A DNA stretch of 64,000 nt from Escherichia phage allfine, in sequence record MN850633.1; one strand, 5' to 3'. The notes below the pieces were generated by a model. That model saw only the letters and a list, made by a program, of their open reading frames with translations. It had not been told where the DNA came from and did no database searches. The translations under genes were made by a program, and so were the position numbers. Position 1 is the first letter of the stretch; every line of letters begins with the position of its first letter. Shown piece by piece: positions 16,247-26,019 of the stretch.

Positions 16247-16618
16247 ATGAAAGCTAAGAGTGCAAAAGACTTTTATTGCTTCCTACAATCCTATATCAAT
16301 TCCGTGCAAAATGGTGAAAGGTACAACCTTAATGATGTTATCCCAACACCTTTGACATGGAGACTCAGTAAATGGCCTGAAGAAGATATTACACCAACAA
16401 GCGAACAGCGTACCTACAAACCTGAAATCAATATTCCAGATTCTGAGAATCTATTATATCCAATGTTCCATATCGTTGGTCTTGGAAGATTCCTTATGGA
16501 TATCCAGTATGTAATTGGTAAAGGTTATAAGGTTAAAGTTATTGTTGTTGGTGATGTATCTCCGCATCACAAAGGTTATTTTAGACTAAACGCACATTTA
16601 GAGGCTAAAAAGAAATGA
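16247..16618 (+). CDS. hypothetical protein, paralog of N-terminal domain of next gene (123 aa)
   Basis: Shares Y..F..I..V..G.RY...........W/LSKWPE.DI....E...YKP.......LLY with N-terminus of 16615-17499. Confidence 0.5.
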   Translation: MKAKSAKDFYCFLQSYINSVQNGERYNLNDVIPTPLTWRLSKWPEEDITPTSEQRTYKPEINIPDSENLLYPMFHIVGLGRFLMDIQYVIGKGYKVKVIVVGDVSPHHKGYFRLNAHLEAKKK

Positions 16619-17499
16619 TTAAAGCAAAGACTTACCCAGACTTCAAAGAGTTTGTGAAGGGTTTCATTGCAAATGTAAAGGCTGGTAAGAGATATGATTT
16701 TAGAACATATCAAGAGGCTATTTTACCACTTACCTATAGTTCATATTGGCCTGAAGCTGATATTGCAGAAGTTGAGAAGTTTGACTACAAACCAGACTAC
16801 AAAGTTCCATTTAGTGATGAATTGCTTTACAGTGTTGGTGCACAGATGAGAACTGCTGATTTCTTCATGGATTTGCAGTATGCAATCATCAATGGTAAAG
16901 ATGTTGACACAATTTACTGTGAATGGTTGGCAAGAGTTAAGCCGTTCTCAATGTTGAATGCTAAGTTGAAGGATGCTATTAAGCCACCATCAATTACTCA
17001 GCAACCAACAGGTCAAACAGTCAATGAGGGTGGCACACTTACTCTAAGCATTCTAGCAACTAACGCCACTGGATATCAATGGAAAAAGGATGGTGAGGAC
17101 ATCCCTAGTGCCAATTCTGCAACTTACACAAAACAGTCAGTAGCACCTTCTGACGCTGGTTCATACACTTGTGTTGTATCTGGAGAGGGTGGAACAAGTG
17201 TTACCTCAGATGCAGCAACAGTTACTGTGAATGCACTTCCAGTAATCACTCAACAGCCAACCAATCAAGAAATCACTGAAGGTGATACCTTAACGCTGAA
17301 TGTTGTGGCAACAGGTGCAACAAGTTACCAGTGGAAGAAAGGTGAGGAAGACATCCTCGATGCAACTACTGCAACTTACACCAAAGAAGGTGCAACCGCT
17401 GCTGATTCAGGAAGCTACACCTGTGTAGTTACTGGTGCAGGTGGCTCTGTAACATCTAACGCAGCAACAGTTACAGTTAATCCAGCAGGGGAGGCATAA
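16615..17499 (+). CDS. protein with two tandem Ig-like domains (294 aa)
   Basis: Two about 80-aa repeats ITQQPT.Q...EG.TLTL...ATGA.SYQWKK.GEDI...TSATYTK......DSGSYTCVV.G.GG...S.AATVTVN typical of Ig-like domains; N-terminal domain paralogous to previous ORF. Confidence 0.6.
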   Translation: MIKAKTYPDFKEFVKGFIANVKAGKRYDFRTYQEAILPLTYSSYWPEADIAEVEKFDYKPDYKVPFSDELLYSVGAQMRTADFFMDLQYAIINGKDVDTIYCEWLARVKPFSMLNAKLKDAIKPPSITQQPTGQTVNEGGTLTLSILATNATGYQWKKDGEDIPSANSATYTKQSVAPSDAGSYTCVVSGEGGTSVTSDAATVTVNALPVITQQPTNQEITEGDTLTLNVVATGATSYQWKKGEEDILDATTATYTKEGATAADSGSYTCVVTGAGGSVTSNAATVTVNPAGEA

Positions 17500-17963
17500 T
17501 GCAACTCTCAAGAAAAGGTTTAGAGGCTATTAAGTTCTTTGAAGGTCTGAAGTTAGAGGCTTACGAAGACTCTGCCGGAATCCCAACAATCGGTTATGGA
17601 ACAATCCGTATTGGTGGGAAGCCTGTTAAGATGGGTATGAAAATTACGGCTGAACAAGCTGAACAGTATCTTCTTGCAGATGTTGAAAAATTCGTTGCAG
17701 CAGTTAACAAAGCTATCAAGGTTCCAACTTCTCAGAATGAGTTTGATGCACTTGTAAGTGAAACATACAACATTGGTATCACGGCTATGCAGGACTCCAC
17801 ATTTATCAAGCGCCACAATGCTGGTAATAAGGTTGGTTGTGCAGAAGCTATGCAGTGGTGGAACAAGGTCACAGTCAAAGGTAAGAAGGTCACTTCAAAC
17901 GGCCTGAAAAACAGACGTAGAATGGAAGCTGACATTTATCTTGACAGTGTATATCCAAAGTAA
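17499..17963 (+). CDS. lysozyme/endolysin, T4-lysozyme-like GH24 (154 aa)
   Basis: N-terminal catalytic pattern LEAYEDSAGIPTIGYG aligns with T4 lysozyme E11/D20/T26 region. Confidence 0.85.
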   Translation: MQLSRKGLEAIKFFEGLKLEAYEDSAGIPTIGYGTIRIGGKPVKMGMKITAEQAEQYLLADVEKFVAAVNKAIKVPTSQNEFDALVSETYNIGITAMQDSTFIKRHNAGNKVGCAEAMQWWNKVTVKGKKVTSNGLKNRRRMEADIYLDSVYPK

Positions 17964-17973
17964 TATCTTCATA

Positions 17974-17997
17974 GGCTCCTTCGGGAGCCTTTTTTAT
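17974..17997 (+). terminator. rho-independent terminator
   Basis: GGCUCC-UUCG-GGAGCC hairpin followed by UUUUUU immediately after lysozyme stop. Confidence 0.8.
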
Positions 17998-18014
17998 TTT
18001 CTAAGGAGAAAACT

Positions 18015-18413
18015 ATGAAGCTTTGGGCTAGTGACTTTGGGACTTTTAAGTACACTCGTGATGGTTCAATGGTGAGAATTATTGGCAGCCAGATTGTAGT
18101 AATGGGTGATGAGGTTTGTACAAAGTTCACTGTAGAGTTAGCTGAACTATCACCTATTACCCGTGCTAAGAATGGGTTTTTCAGGTTCGAGACTTACAAA
18201 GTAGATGAGTACGGGAGGTTCAACCCTCTTGGAGAGAGTGGATTAGATATTATTTCTGAACACCCATTGACAGCAGAGCAATTGTCAGGTTATTATAAAA
18301 CTCTACTTGAAAGAGAGTTAGCAACCCATGAGTGTGAAGCAAAATACCACATAGAGCGTTGTGAAACTCTCAAAGAAAAGATAAAACTAGCAGAGAGAGG
18401 TTTTTATGAATAA
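18015..18413 (+). CDS. hypothetical protein (132 aa)
   Basis: ORF with GGAGAA Shine-Dalgarno, after terminator. Confidence 0.5.
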   Translation: MKLWASDFGTFKYTRDGSMVRIIGSQIVVMGDEVCTKFTVELAELSPITRAKNGFFRFETYKVDEYGRFNPLGESGLDIISEHPLTAEQLSGYYKTLLERELATHECEAKYHIERCETLKEKIKLAERGFYE

Positions 18414-18801
18414 TAACAGTCATATCCATGTTAAAGTTGATGTCAGTCGTTACAGCGAAAATGAGGAACTAGACCTGCAAGATGCTCTTCTCTTTGAGAA
18501 GAATGGCAATCTTCATTTGCATTTTGAAGGTACGAATACATATCTCCACAGATGCCGAGATGATGCAGACGGTTGTCCTGTTTTTGCTTGGTATAATTTA
18601 GAGTTTCCTCTTTATGCAATCCACTATCCAGATGGTGGAGAAGACTGGACAACTCAATCAATCTTTGATGAGCTTAATGGTGTTCCCGTTGAGCAAGAAG
18701 AGCAAGAACCTGTTGAACTTACATTCACTTTTATCAAAGAAGAGAAAGTAGGTGACTTGTCAGTAACTGAAGCAATTCAAGTCTCACAGGTTATTCGTTA
18801 A
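18406..18801 (+). CDS. hypothetical protein (131 aa)
   Basis: ORF overlapping neighbours by a few nt. Confidence 0.5.
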   Translation: MNNNSHIHVKVDVSRYSENEELDLQDALLFEKNGNLHLHFEGTNTYLHRCRDDADGCPVFAWYNLEFPLYAIHYPDGGEDWTTQSIFDELNGVPVEQEEQEPVELTFTFIKEEKVGDLSVTEAIQVSQVIR

Positions 18802-19094
18802 TGAGTAAATTACAGGTTGTTTTCCCTATTTGTGACTTCTCACTAGAGCGTGAACTTGACCTGTACGAAGAAATTACTGACGAAATTATCTGGTCTGTTG
18901 TAGAAGAGGCTATCAAGAAGCTGTATGGTGGCCTCTTAAATCCATCAAGTAAGAAGTTAAGCACTAAGCAAGTAGCTGACCCATATATTTCATACGATGC
19001 CTACAACAAACCTTTTGAAAATACCTGCTTTGACCTTATGGTAGGTAATAACAAAGTCAACTATTTCTTCGTCAGAGAGTTTAACGATGAGTAA
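18801..19094 (+). CDS. hypothetical protein (97 aa)
   Basis: ORF, start overlaps upstream stop. Confidence 0.5.
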   Translation: MSKLQVVFPICDFSLERELDLYEEITDEIIWSVVEEAIKKLYGGLLNPSSKKLSTKQVADPYISYDAYNKPFENTCFDLMVGNNKVNYFFVREFNDE

Positions 19095-19431
19095 GCTCCA
19101 TGTCACAGTGTACAAAAACTTCTCAGATATTAAAGAGTCTTTAACAAATAAGCTTGACTTACAACGTAAAAGACTCTTTTTAATGTACGATATAGACAAC
19201 TACAACCATCCTAAAGAGTTTAACTACAAAGATGGTACAAAGGTTGTTGAGTTTGAAGATTCTGTGACGGTATATGTCAAGCATGACTTACCAGCAAAGT
19301 ACATAGGGATGCTAGAGTACTACATATTCAAACATACTGGTATGCGTGGTGAATCTGTCAAGATATCTTCTATAGAAGTTTTTGAGAAACCTAACACACA
19401 ACTTAAAAAGTATTTAATGAGGAAACTGTAA
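19087..19431 (+). CDS. hypothetical protein (114 aa)
   Basis: ORF in plus-strand block. Confidence 0.5.
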   Translation: MSKLHVTVYKNFSDIKESLTNKLDLQRKRLFLMYDIDNYNHPKEFNYKDGTKVVEFEDSVTVYVKHDLPAKYIGMLEYYIFKHTGMRGESVKISSIEVFEKPNTQLKKYLMRKL

Positions 19432-20012
19432 TGTCCGAAGAGCAACAGGATATCATTCCACAAGTAACACTTGTACAACACTTTGGAAATATTGAAGGGT
19501 GTGTTGCACTTTTTCAACCAAGCATCAACTCTCCTGCAAAAGTTTGCAAGCTGACTATGAATGTTAACAACATCAGTGTTTGCCTTGTGGAAGAAGTTCA
19601 ATATTTCAAGTTTAATGACAGAGAGGTTGATGCTGCACTCTTGAAGTATCGAGCAAACCTCGAAAAAGATATTGACCACAAAGAACTTGTAACATTGTTT
19701 GGTGACCTTCACAAGCTTCTTGAAAAGGTTATTAAGCGCACATATTACATGAACAATGGTTCAATCATCACCACTTTGATTTCACCATGTATTTCAGAGC
19801 CAATTTTAACTGATGACGGTGGATACTACGTGGTAGCATCAGCAGACTCTGATTGGTGGATGAAGAACACAGCACTTAAAACAGTGATTGAGGCTATCCG
19901 CGAACATATCCCTTCATTCAGCCCGTGGAAAGGTAAAAGTGATGATTTCATTGCACTATTGAGTGAAGAGAGTAACAAGCGCAGTGCATTGCTGCCTAAA
20001 AAATACTCTTGA
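19431..20012 (+). CDS. hypothetical protein (193 aa)
   Basis: ORF in plus-strand block. Confidence 0.5.
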   Translation: MSEEQQDIIPQVTLVQHFGNIEGCVALFQPSINSPAKVCKLTMNVNNISVCLVEEVQYFKFNDREVDAALLKYRANLEKDIDHKELVTLFGDLHKLLEKVIKRTYYMNNGSIITTLISPCISEPILTDDGGYYVVASADSDWWMKNTALKTVIEAIREHIPSFSPWKGKSDDFIALLSEESNKRSALLPKKYS

Positions 20013-20095
20013 CCGAGTATACAATATTGACTATGATGGGAGCTATCGAGAGGTAGTTCCCTTTTTAGTTTCTAGATAAGAGACATGGTAAAAGA

Positions 20096-20314
20096 ATGAA
20101 AAAGTTAACTACAGTTGAAGATTACTACAAACTTTCCCTGTTAGAACAGTATCGTAGAAGCCAGAATATCAGAAAATGCTACGGTAAACACGCTGAAGGT
20201 GACTTTTACCGTTGCTATGATGCAGATTTAAAAGGCGTAACACCTAGAGGGAAAGTCCTGCAAAGACTTGTTGACCTTGAGTGGAACAAACGATTGAGAG
20301 GGGTTGGAAAATGA
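20096..20314 (+). CDS. hypothetical protein (72 aa)
   Basis: ORF with upstream AAGA-rich RBS. Confidence 0.45.
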   Translation: MKKLTTVEDYYKLSLLEQYRRSQNIRKCYGKHAEGDFYRCYDADLKGVTPRGKVLQRLVDLEWNKRLRGVGK

Positions 20315-20814
20315 TTTACGAAGAAAGATACAAGATAGATTTTCAAGATACTTGCCATCATACTTCTTTAAGAGTGACGAAACCAAATGGAGAGGTTGGT
20401 ATCATAGCACATTTTGGTGGTGATTATTGGTATGGTACAGGTTGCTTTGAAGGCTACACTCAAGAATACCTGAAAGCTTTCTACAGAGACTTTGCAAATG
20501 ACTACAACAGAGTTGTTGACGAAAAGAATAAGTGCATTAAGCATGAACACCATGCCAGAGGCTGCCTAAGTATTGTTATGGTACTGGCGTTCTTCTTAGC
20601 AATGCTACTGGCAGTATCAGCAATTAGCTGCATAGCTCAAGATTTGACAATTACACAGATTACTACAAAGATACACGATATCTGGTACTTGTATGCTGTT
20701 CCTTTAGCTGGTATCATCATCTCACTAATAAGGTTCAGAGTTCATAAGAAACGCCTTAAGGACTCTGAGGTTAAACTTGAAGAGGTAAGTAAAGAATGCA
20801 ACCTACAATTATAG
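20281..20814 (+). CDS. hypothetical membrane-anchored protein (177 aa)
   Basis: Two hydrophobic helices in C-terminal half (LSIVMVLAFFLAMLLAV, LYAVPLAGIIISLI). Confidence 0.5.
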   Translation: MEQTIERGWKMIYEERYKIDFQDTCHHTSLRVTKPNGEVGIIAHFGGDYWYGTGCFEGYTQEYLKAFYRDFANDYNRVVDEKNKCIKHEHHARGCLSIVMVLAFFLAMLLAVSAISCIAQDLTITQITTKIHDIWYLYAVPLAGIIISLIRFRVHKKRLKDSEVKLEEVSKECNLQL

Positions 20815-20890
20815 CTGTATGTGTTCGTTTTGCAATCGCTGAAATGATTAACAAGGCAATCTTAAAAGATGCCTATGGAGAGACTAAGTA

Positions 20891-21115
20891 ATGATTAAAA
20901 CACCTGTACCAATTTTTGGATTTCCTTCTATAGAAGAGTTTAAAGTTTATCTTGACAAAAACTTCTACAACGAGCAGCCTGTTACTTTGCTGAAGAGTGA
21001 CTTATCAGAGCTTCTTGATATGGTTATCAAGGCAACTCCTGAGAAGGAGCCTGAACAGAAAGCTGAGAAGAAGACTAGTAAGAAATCCGATAAGAAGACT
21101 GAAAAGTCTGAGTAG
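20891..21115 (+). CDS. hypothetical protein with Lys/Glu-rich tail (74 aa)
   Basis: ORF in plus-strand block. Confidence 0.45.
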   Translation: MIKTPVPIFGFPSIEEFKVYLDKNFYNEQPVTLLKSDLSELLDMVIKATPEKEPEQKAEKKTSKKSDKKTEKSE

Positions 21116-21169
21116 TAACTTGAGGGGTTACTTGATAGCCCCTTTGTAGAAACTTAGAAGGTAGCGAAT

Positions 21170-21721
21170 ATGCAAGTTTTTAAAGATGTAAAAGAGGTTG
21201 AAGGTAACTACCTAGTACTTGATTGGAATGATATTCGGGAAGCACTCTCCGAAGAAAATCTTGACTGGTTTGAACAAATTATCTTTGCAGTACGGCATAA
21301 CAGAGAAGTTGAAAATGGTAAAGAGCCATTAGAAGGAATCTTTGTAGAGAAGTCTTATCAGTTCTATGAAGACACTTTACAGAAAGTTAAAATGTACTTC
21401 AGACAGAAGAACCGTAAAGTGGTCACTATGGTGTCTCTTGGTGGACAGAGTATGTCTATTATGGAAGATATCAACCCTAAGAGGCCGAGTAAAGGTGTCT
21501 GTATAAAAATCACAGGCCATGAAGAGTATATCTCAGCAAGTGATTTTAGTGTATTCTGTAATGGTTCTGCTGTATTTAATGGGTTTCATTATGATATCCG
21601 AGTGTACCCAATTAAGGGAGATGATATCATGATGCAGGTATTCGATAACAACAATGGGTTCACTCATTTTTACCAGACAACTAAGTCATCCTTGAAGACA
21701 GTTTTAGAAAGCCTGATTTAA
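21170..21721 (+). CDS. hypothetical protein (183 aa)
   Basis: Last ORF of plus-strand block, AGGTAGCGAATATG RBS. Confidence 0.5.
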   Translation: MQVFKDVKEVEGNYLVLDWNDIREALSEENLDWFEQIIFAVRHNREVENGKEPLEGIFVEKSYQFYEDTLQKVKMYFRQKNRKVVTMVSLGGQSMSIMEDINPKRPSKGVCIKITGHEEYISASDFSVFCNGSAVFNGFHYDIRVYPIKGDDIMMQVFDNNNGFTHFYQTTKSSLKTVLESLI

Positions 21722-22936
21722 AATATCTTAAGAGCCTCCTTAATTGGGGGTTTTTTAATTTTTTATAAAATTTTATCGGTTGTCCCAACCTCTGGGTCAC
21801 CATCATATGTGAATAAAGTATCTATCCTTTTTAACAACCTTCTTAATCTTACTCTCTATATAGTTATATAGTACTATATAGTATCTTAGTATCTATCTAG
21901 TGGTCTTAATAGCCCCTCTGTATAACCCTTCTAACAAGCCCTCTAACAAGCCATCTAAACACTCTTCTAACAAGCCTTCTAAACAACCTATACAATCATC
22001 TTAACCATCTCTCTATATCCTCTTAGAAGCTCCTATACACCTCTTAATCTCTAGGTTAGCTATGTTACCCTCTATAGGTGTTCACTAGGTACTACTAAGC
22101 CTCTATATAGACTGTTTTAACAAACTTAACAGGAATATCTTCACAGACCTTATCTCACAAGGTCTAACACGGTACTAACAAGGTATCTTATAAGCCTGTT
22201 ATTACCTGTATTTTTAAAAGACTGTCTAGGTAATTATTCAGAATCTTAAAATTTTTATAAAATAGGACTATCAAGTCATTTTTTAGGGTCTTTGAAGGAA
22301 CTGAAAAATATCTGATTAGGATGTATATCTGCTTGGTAGCCCTTAACAGCTCCCTTACAAGTACTTTGCAAAATTTTAAAATATCCTTAACAATTTCTTA
22401 ACAACTCTCTCAAGCTCTTAACAAATCTTCAAAGGTCTTAACAGATTCTTAACAGAACTAACAAGGATGTAACAGTTTCTTAACAGTTGATACATAGTCT
22501 TTACAGAGTCTTAACAGATGACTAACAAGAGTTAATTAGTTAATTTTAAAGAGTTATTTTGTTAAGATAATTAACAAGTTCCTAACAAGTGTTTAATCTT
22601 TTTAACAAGCTATTAACATGGTCACTATCTCTTGGTCTATAGTTCCCTTTCCTTCTTAGTGATTCTTTAAACATACCTCTTAAAAGCTCTCTATAGCTCT
22701 TCATAGGCTCTTTTAAGTCTCTTCCTAGTAGTTACACCCCAACTGTACAGACACCTCTTTATAGGGCTTTACAGGAGCTTTTAAGGCTATGTCAAAGACT
22801 CTTACAAGGCTTTTACGTGGTCTTAACAGAGATTTAACAAGGGGCTAACAAGTTGCTAACAAGTGCCTTAAAAGCATAACTATGTAGGGATTGTTAAGAA
22901 ATTGTTAAGAAAATGTTAAGGGGGCTAGCATTTACG

Positions 22937-22990
22937 TAACTTTTAAACTACTTCAAAATAACTTTTAAACTACTTCAAAATAACTTTATA
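22937..22990. repeat. tandem direct repeat, 22-bp unit TAACTTTTAAACTACTTCAAAA x2 plus partial third
   Basis: Perfect tandem duplication read directly in sequence. Confidence 0.85.
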
Positions 22991-23309
22991 GCCCCCTTCT
23001 TAGATATTCACAAGATAGCTAACGAGATAATAAAGCTTACACCCTTATAAGATTCTTTTAAGTCTCTGGGAAGCTTTATAAAGGGCTTTTTAGGGTGAGT
23101 TAATGCAATCCCTTAAGTTAGGTTGATAAGGCTGTTATAGAGCTTTATAGAGCGTTTAAACGGTTGCCCTTCCCTTTCGGGTTATGGGCTTATATTTAAG
23201 TTGATTTGATAAAAGGCTATAGAGTAGACTATAGAGTTATTGCTTTTTAAGGTCTGATAAGATTCTGGAAAGGAAAGGGAAAGGGTTGTATAAGGGATTT
23301 GATAAGACG

Positions 23310-23336
23310 TAAAAAAGCCCCTATGGGAAAGGGGCT
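23310..23336 (-). terminator. rho-independent terminator at end of small-ORF array
   Basis: Minus strand AGCCCCUUUCCCAUAGGGGCU hairpin followed by UUUUUU, just downstream of stop at 23375. Confidence 0.7.
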
Positions 23337-23374
23337 GTAAAGGTATCTGGGGCTATTTAGCCCCGTTGCGGCGT

Positions 23375-23623
23375 TTAGTTAGTGCCTTTTTTGTCGTAGT
23401 ACAGGGAGACAATTTTTTCACCCCAGTAGTGGTATGTATAACCCTCTTTGAGAACTTCCTGTTTTGTTTCTTTCCAGAATTCATCAGAGGGGTTGTAGTC
23501 ACTGATGGTCTGGCTGATAAGGCCTTTCACCATTTCAAAGGTGTTATCAGTACCTACAAGGTCAAATTTAACGTCCAGAGAGTAGAAGCCGAATTCGTTA
23601 ACAGTTGCGCGGATAGTAGCCAT
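23375..23623 (-). CDS. hypothetical protein (82 aa), array gene 15
   Basis: ORF preceded by conserved cassette (GGAG RBS plus stem-loop). Confidence 0.55.
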   Translation of the reverse strand: MATIRATVNEFGFYSLDVKFDLVGTDNTFEMVKGLISQTISDYNPSDEFWKETKQEVLKEGYTYHYWGEKIVSLYYDKKGTN

Positions 23624-23700
23624 TTTAGAATCTCCAGTTTAGGAAGTTGATTAAGGGTTTTATTTAGTGGGGAAGGTCATTCCCTCCCCGTTGATTGACA
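23624..23700 (-). repeat. intergenic cassette type A: RBS CTAAACTGGAGATTCTAAAATG plus hairpin GGGGAGGGAAUGACCUUCCCC
   Basis: Near-identical copies at 24234-24300, 24796-24870, 26020-26090, 26884-26960. Confidence 0.7.
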
Positions 23701-23702
23701 AT

Positions 23703-24233
23703 TTACAGACTTTTGATTGTCTCGTCAATATCTTTTTCAATATCTTTTAAAGTTTTTTCTAAGTTCTTGATATTGAAAGATAAGCCCTCTCCTAGTGTCT
23801 TAGAGTAACCGCTAGGACGTGAGTTATATAGTTCGATTTCTTCCACTTCGAAGAGACTAACCAACTCACCGCTTACACTGTAAGCCATTGAAACAGTATT
23901 TACAGGGGCTTTATAAAACTTGTTTAAGGACTTGATAGAACGTTCATAAGCCATTTTATAACCGTTTAAAAGGTTTTTAACGTGGTTACGAACGTTTTTG
24001 CACTCATCTAAGTAAATCTCTAAGAATAACGGTAATAATTCCGCTACAGCTTGCATAAAGTGAGAGACTACAACAGTAGAAACATTACGGCGATGAATGT
24101 AATAAGCCCCGTTTTCTGACTTAGTGATGGTTGCAAAGTGTACCCCATTGCAGCGAAATTCGTATGTGTCTTTTACAGGTTTTGACATTACAGCATTTGA
24201 ACGAATGAAGTTGATAGCTTTAAACTTGTTCAT
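23703..24233 (-). CDS. hypothetical protein (176 aa), array gene 14
   Basis: ORF preceded by type A cassette. Confidence 0.55.
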   Translation of the reverse strand: MNKFKAINFIRSNAVMSKPVKDTYEFRCNGVHFATITKSENGAYYIHRRNVSTVVVSHFMQAVAELLPLFLEIYLDECKNVRNHVKNLLNGYKMAYERSIKSLNKFYKAPVNTVSMAYSVSGELVSLFEVEEIELYNSRPSGYSKTLGEGLSFNIKNLEKTLKDIEKDIDETIKSL

Positions 24234-24300
24234 TTTGACTCTCCTAGTTTAAGGATTTTATTTAGTGAGGAAGGTCATCCCTCCCGTTGATTAGTAATTT
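24234..24300 (-). repeat. intergenic cassette type A
   Basis: CATTTTGACTCTCCTAGTTTAAGG...GAGGAAGGTCATCCCTCCC copy. Confidence 0.65.
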
Positions 24301-24453
24301 ACTTGTTTTGATAGCTGATTGCAAGCAATTTTTTAAGCTTATCTATAAAGAATCTTTTAAGTGAATCCCTTTTAGATAAACCCCCTCGAACAAAGTTACC
24401 AATGTCAAGGGGTATTGTCAACACTTTTTTAAAAGTTTTTTGTAAGTTATTGA

Positions 24454-24795
24454 TTAACTGATGAATATTTTTTCAGGCTTTACATAGCTGATACGTTGAC
24501 TTTTTAGAAGGTCATCCCAGATTATCGCGGCAATGTGACCATATCCGGCCTCACGTAAGAGCTTCATTGCTTTACTTCTCGTTTCAAAACGGCTTGCGTA
24601 GTACTCACTATTCAGAGTTGTTTTCTTCCCTTCATTGTCTACATGAATAATCTGCATTACGTGAAAGGGGCTTGTGTCCTCGCCTTTGTTCCACTGTTCA
24701 AAGTATTTTAGGCACTGCATAGGCGACATCTTATCACTAACCTGAGTTGACCAAGATGCGCCAGCTTTATCGGTAATTACGGTTACATAAGCCAT
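24454..24795 (-). CDS. hypothetical protein (113 aa), array gene 13
   Basis: ORF preceded by type A cassette. Confidence 0.55.
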   Translation of the reverse strand: MAYVTVITDKAGASWSTQVSDKMSPMQCLKYFEQWNKGEDTSPFHVMQIIHVDNEGKKTTLNSEYYASRFETRSKAMKLLREAGYGHIAAIIWDDLLKSQRISYVKPEKIFIS

Positions 24796-24870
24796 TTTTA
24801 GAATCTCCAGTTTAGGACTTCATTTAGTGGGGAAGGTCATTCCCTCCCCGTTGATTGACAATTTACAGAC
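24796..24870 (-). repeat. intergenic cassette type A
   Basis: Conserved RBS block and hairpin GGGGAAGGTCATTCCCTCCCC. Confidence 0.7.
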
Positions 24871-24885
24871 TTTTATCAGGCTTGT

Positions 24886-25119
24886 CTAGTCTTTTTCAAT
24901 GATAATTTCATATTGACCGTCAACGCTGTCAAAATAGATGCCGTCTTTATCTTCTGTCTTAAAGTAGCATTGTATATCATCACTTGCGGGATAGTCTTGC
25001 CGTGCTATCTGGCAAACTTGAATAGCATTTTCTTTACTTCCTGTAAACTCTTCAAGCCCTTTAAAATCGCATGAATGACCATTACAGATGGAAAGGATGA
25101 GGTAAACGGTTGTAAGCAT
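24886..25119 (-). CDS. hypothetical protein with hydrophobic N-terminus (77 aa), array gene 12
   Basis: ORF; N-terminus MLTTVYLILSICNG may be signal or lipoprotein-like. Confidence 0.45.
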   Translation of the reverse strand: MLTTVYLILSICNGHSCDFKGLEEFTGSKENAIQVCQIARQDYPASDDIQCYFKTEDKDGIYFDSVDGQYEIIIEKD

Positions 25120-25162
25120 GATTTAAGCCCCCTAAAAGCCCCTACAAGGGGCTGATTAGTGT

Positions 25163-25729
25163 TTATAAGGTGATTGCATAGGTTTTTAAAAAAAAGCTCT
25201 TTAAATCCTCTTCTGCGATGTTTCCTGCCAGTGTATCCATGATGTCACAAAAAACCTGAATGCTGTCCGACTGTTGAACGCTTTTAGCAAGAAGCTCCAG
25301 AGACTCATCAAGATAGTTTAAATTTGGGTTATCCAATGAAGGAAGACAAAAAGGCGAAAACATCGCATTAAACTCGGTTACGTAAACCTTTTTAATCCAA
25401 TTTAAATCGAAGTATTCTGTAAAACTTGCTACGCCAGACATATTATCACAAGAATAATCATCATTTAATTCGTCCTCTGGAATATCAAGTTCCAAGATAA
25501 CAATGTTTTGGGTTTTCATCTGGAAAGCTGCCGTGATAGTGGCATTTCCTAACGCCTGTTGAATACCTTCGGATACTATCTCTTCCTCATCGTCACCATA
25601 GATTTTATTTTCTGGGTATACGTAAAAATTGCCATCCATATCCGAACAATTCCATGCACCTGATGGCTTATCACCATTATTAATCAGGTTGATAAAGTTT
25701 TCTTGAGTAGTACCGTGAAAGCATTTCAT
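25163..25729 (-). CDS. hypothetical acidic protein (188 aa), array gene 11
   Basis: ORF preceded by type B cassette. Confidence 0.55.
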   Translation of the reverse strand: MKCFHGTTQENFINLINNGDKPSGAWNCSDMDGNFYVYPENKIYGDDEEEIVSEGIQQALGNATITAAFQMKTQNIVILELDIPEDELNDDYSCDNMSGVASFTEYFDLNWIKKVYVTEFNAMFSPFCLPSLDNPNLNYLDESLELLAKSVQQSDSIQVFCDIMDTLAGNIAEEDLKSFFLKTYAITL

Positions 25730-25815
25730 TTTTTGAATCTCCAGTTTAGGATTTAGTGGTAAAGCTCTTTATCTGGGGCTTACTTTATCGAACTATAAGC
25801 CCCTTGTAAAGTACT
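25730..25815 (-). repeat. intergenic cassette type B: RBS CTAAACTGGAGATTCAAAAAATG plus hairpin GGGGCTTATAGTTCGATAAAGTAAGCCCC and upstream AAAGTACTTTACAAGG motif
   Basis: Copies at 26525-26610, 27594-27685, 28199-28286, 28545-28633, 29015-29102. Confidence 0.7.
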
Positions 25816-26019
25816 TTATTTGTTATTTTTGACAACTTTTAAGACTGCAAGATACCCTAAGCAATAAGAATCACCGAAGAGAGTCCTACCCATGAAAGAA
25901 TCCTCTTTGATATCCTTTGTAGTGACAGTTTTTTCTACGCCGTGGGAAAGGACTATATCGCCAACTTTGATATCTTTGATGTGTGTAGTTTCAATGTTTA
26001 AGCCGTTAATAATAGCCAT
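25816..26019 (-). CDS. hypothetical protein (67 aa), array gene 10
   Basis: ORF preceded by type A cassette. Confidence 0.5.
   Translation of the reverse strand: MAIINGLNIETTHIKDIKVGDIVLSHGVEKTVTTKDIKEDSFMGRTLFGDSYCLGYLAVLKVVKNNK

Larger units (their letters stand above)
21722..23374. repeat. 1.65 kb non-coding iteron-rich region at convergence of plus and minus transcription units
   Basis: No ORF of 60 aa or more; more than 20 copies of (C)TTAACA(A/G) and CTAACAAG, CTATAGAG repeats, CTTTTAAG-type motifs. Confidence 0.7.

Noticed and set aside
21722-23374. Possible CRISPR array suggested by many short repeats
   Set aside because: Repeats are 8-9 bp, irregularly spaced and degenerate, with no 25-40 bp repeat-spacer periodicity
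23366-23650. 94-aa plus-strand ORF overlapping the last array gene
   Set aside because: Antisense to an ORF that has the conserved cassette RBS; no independent signals
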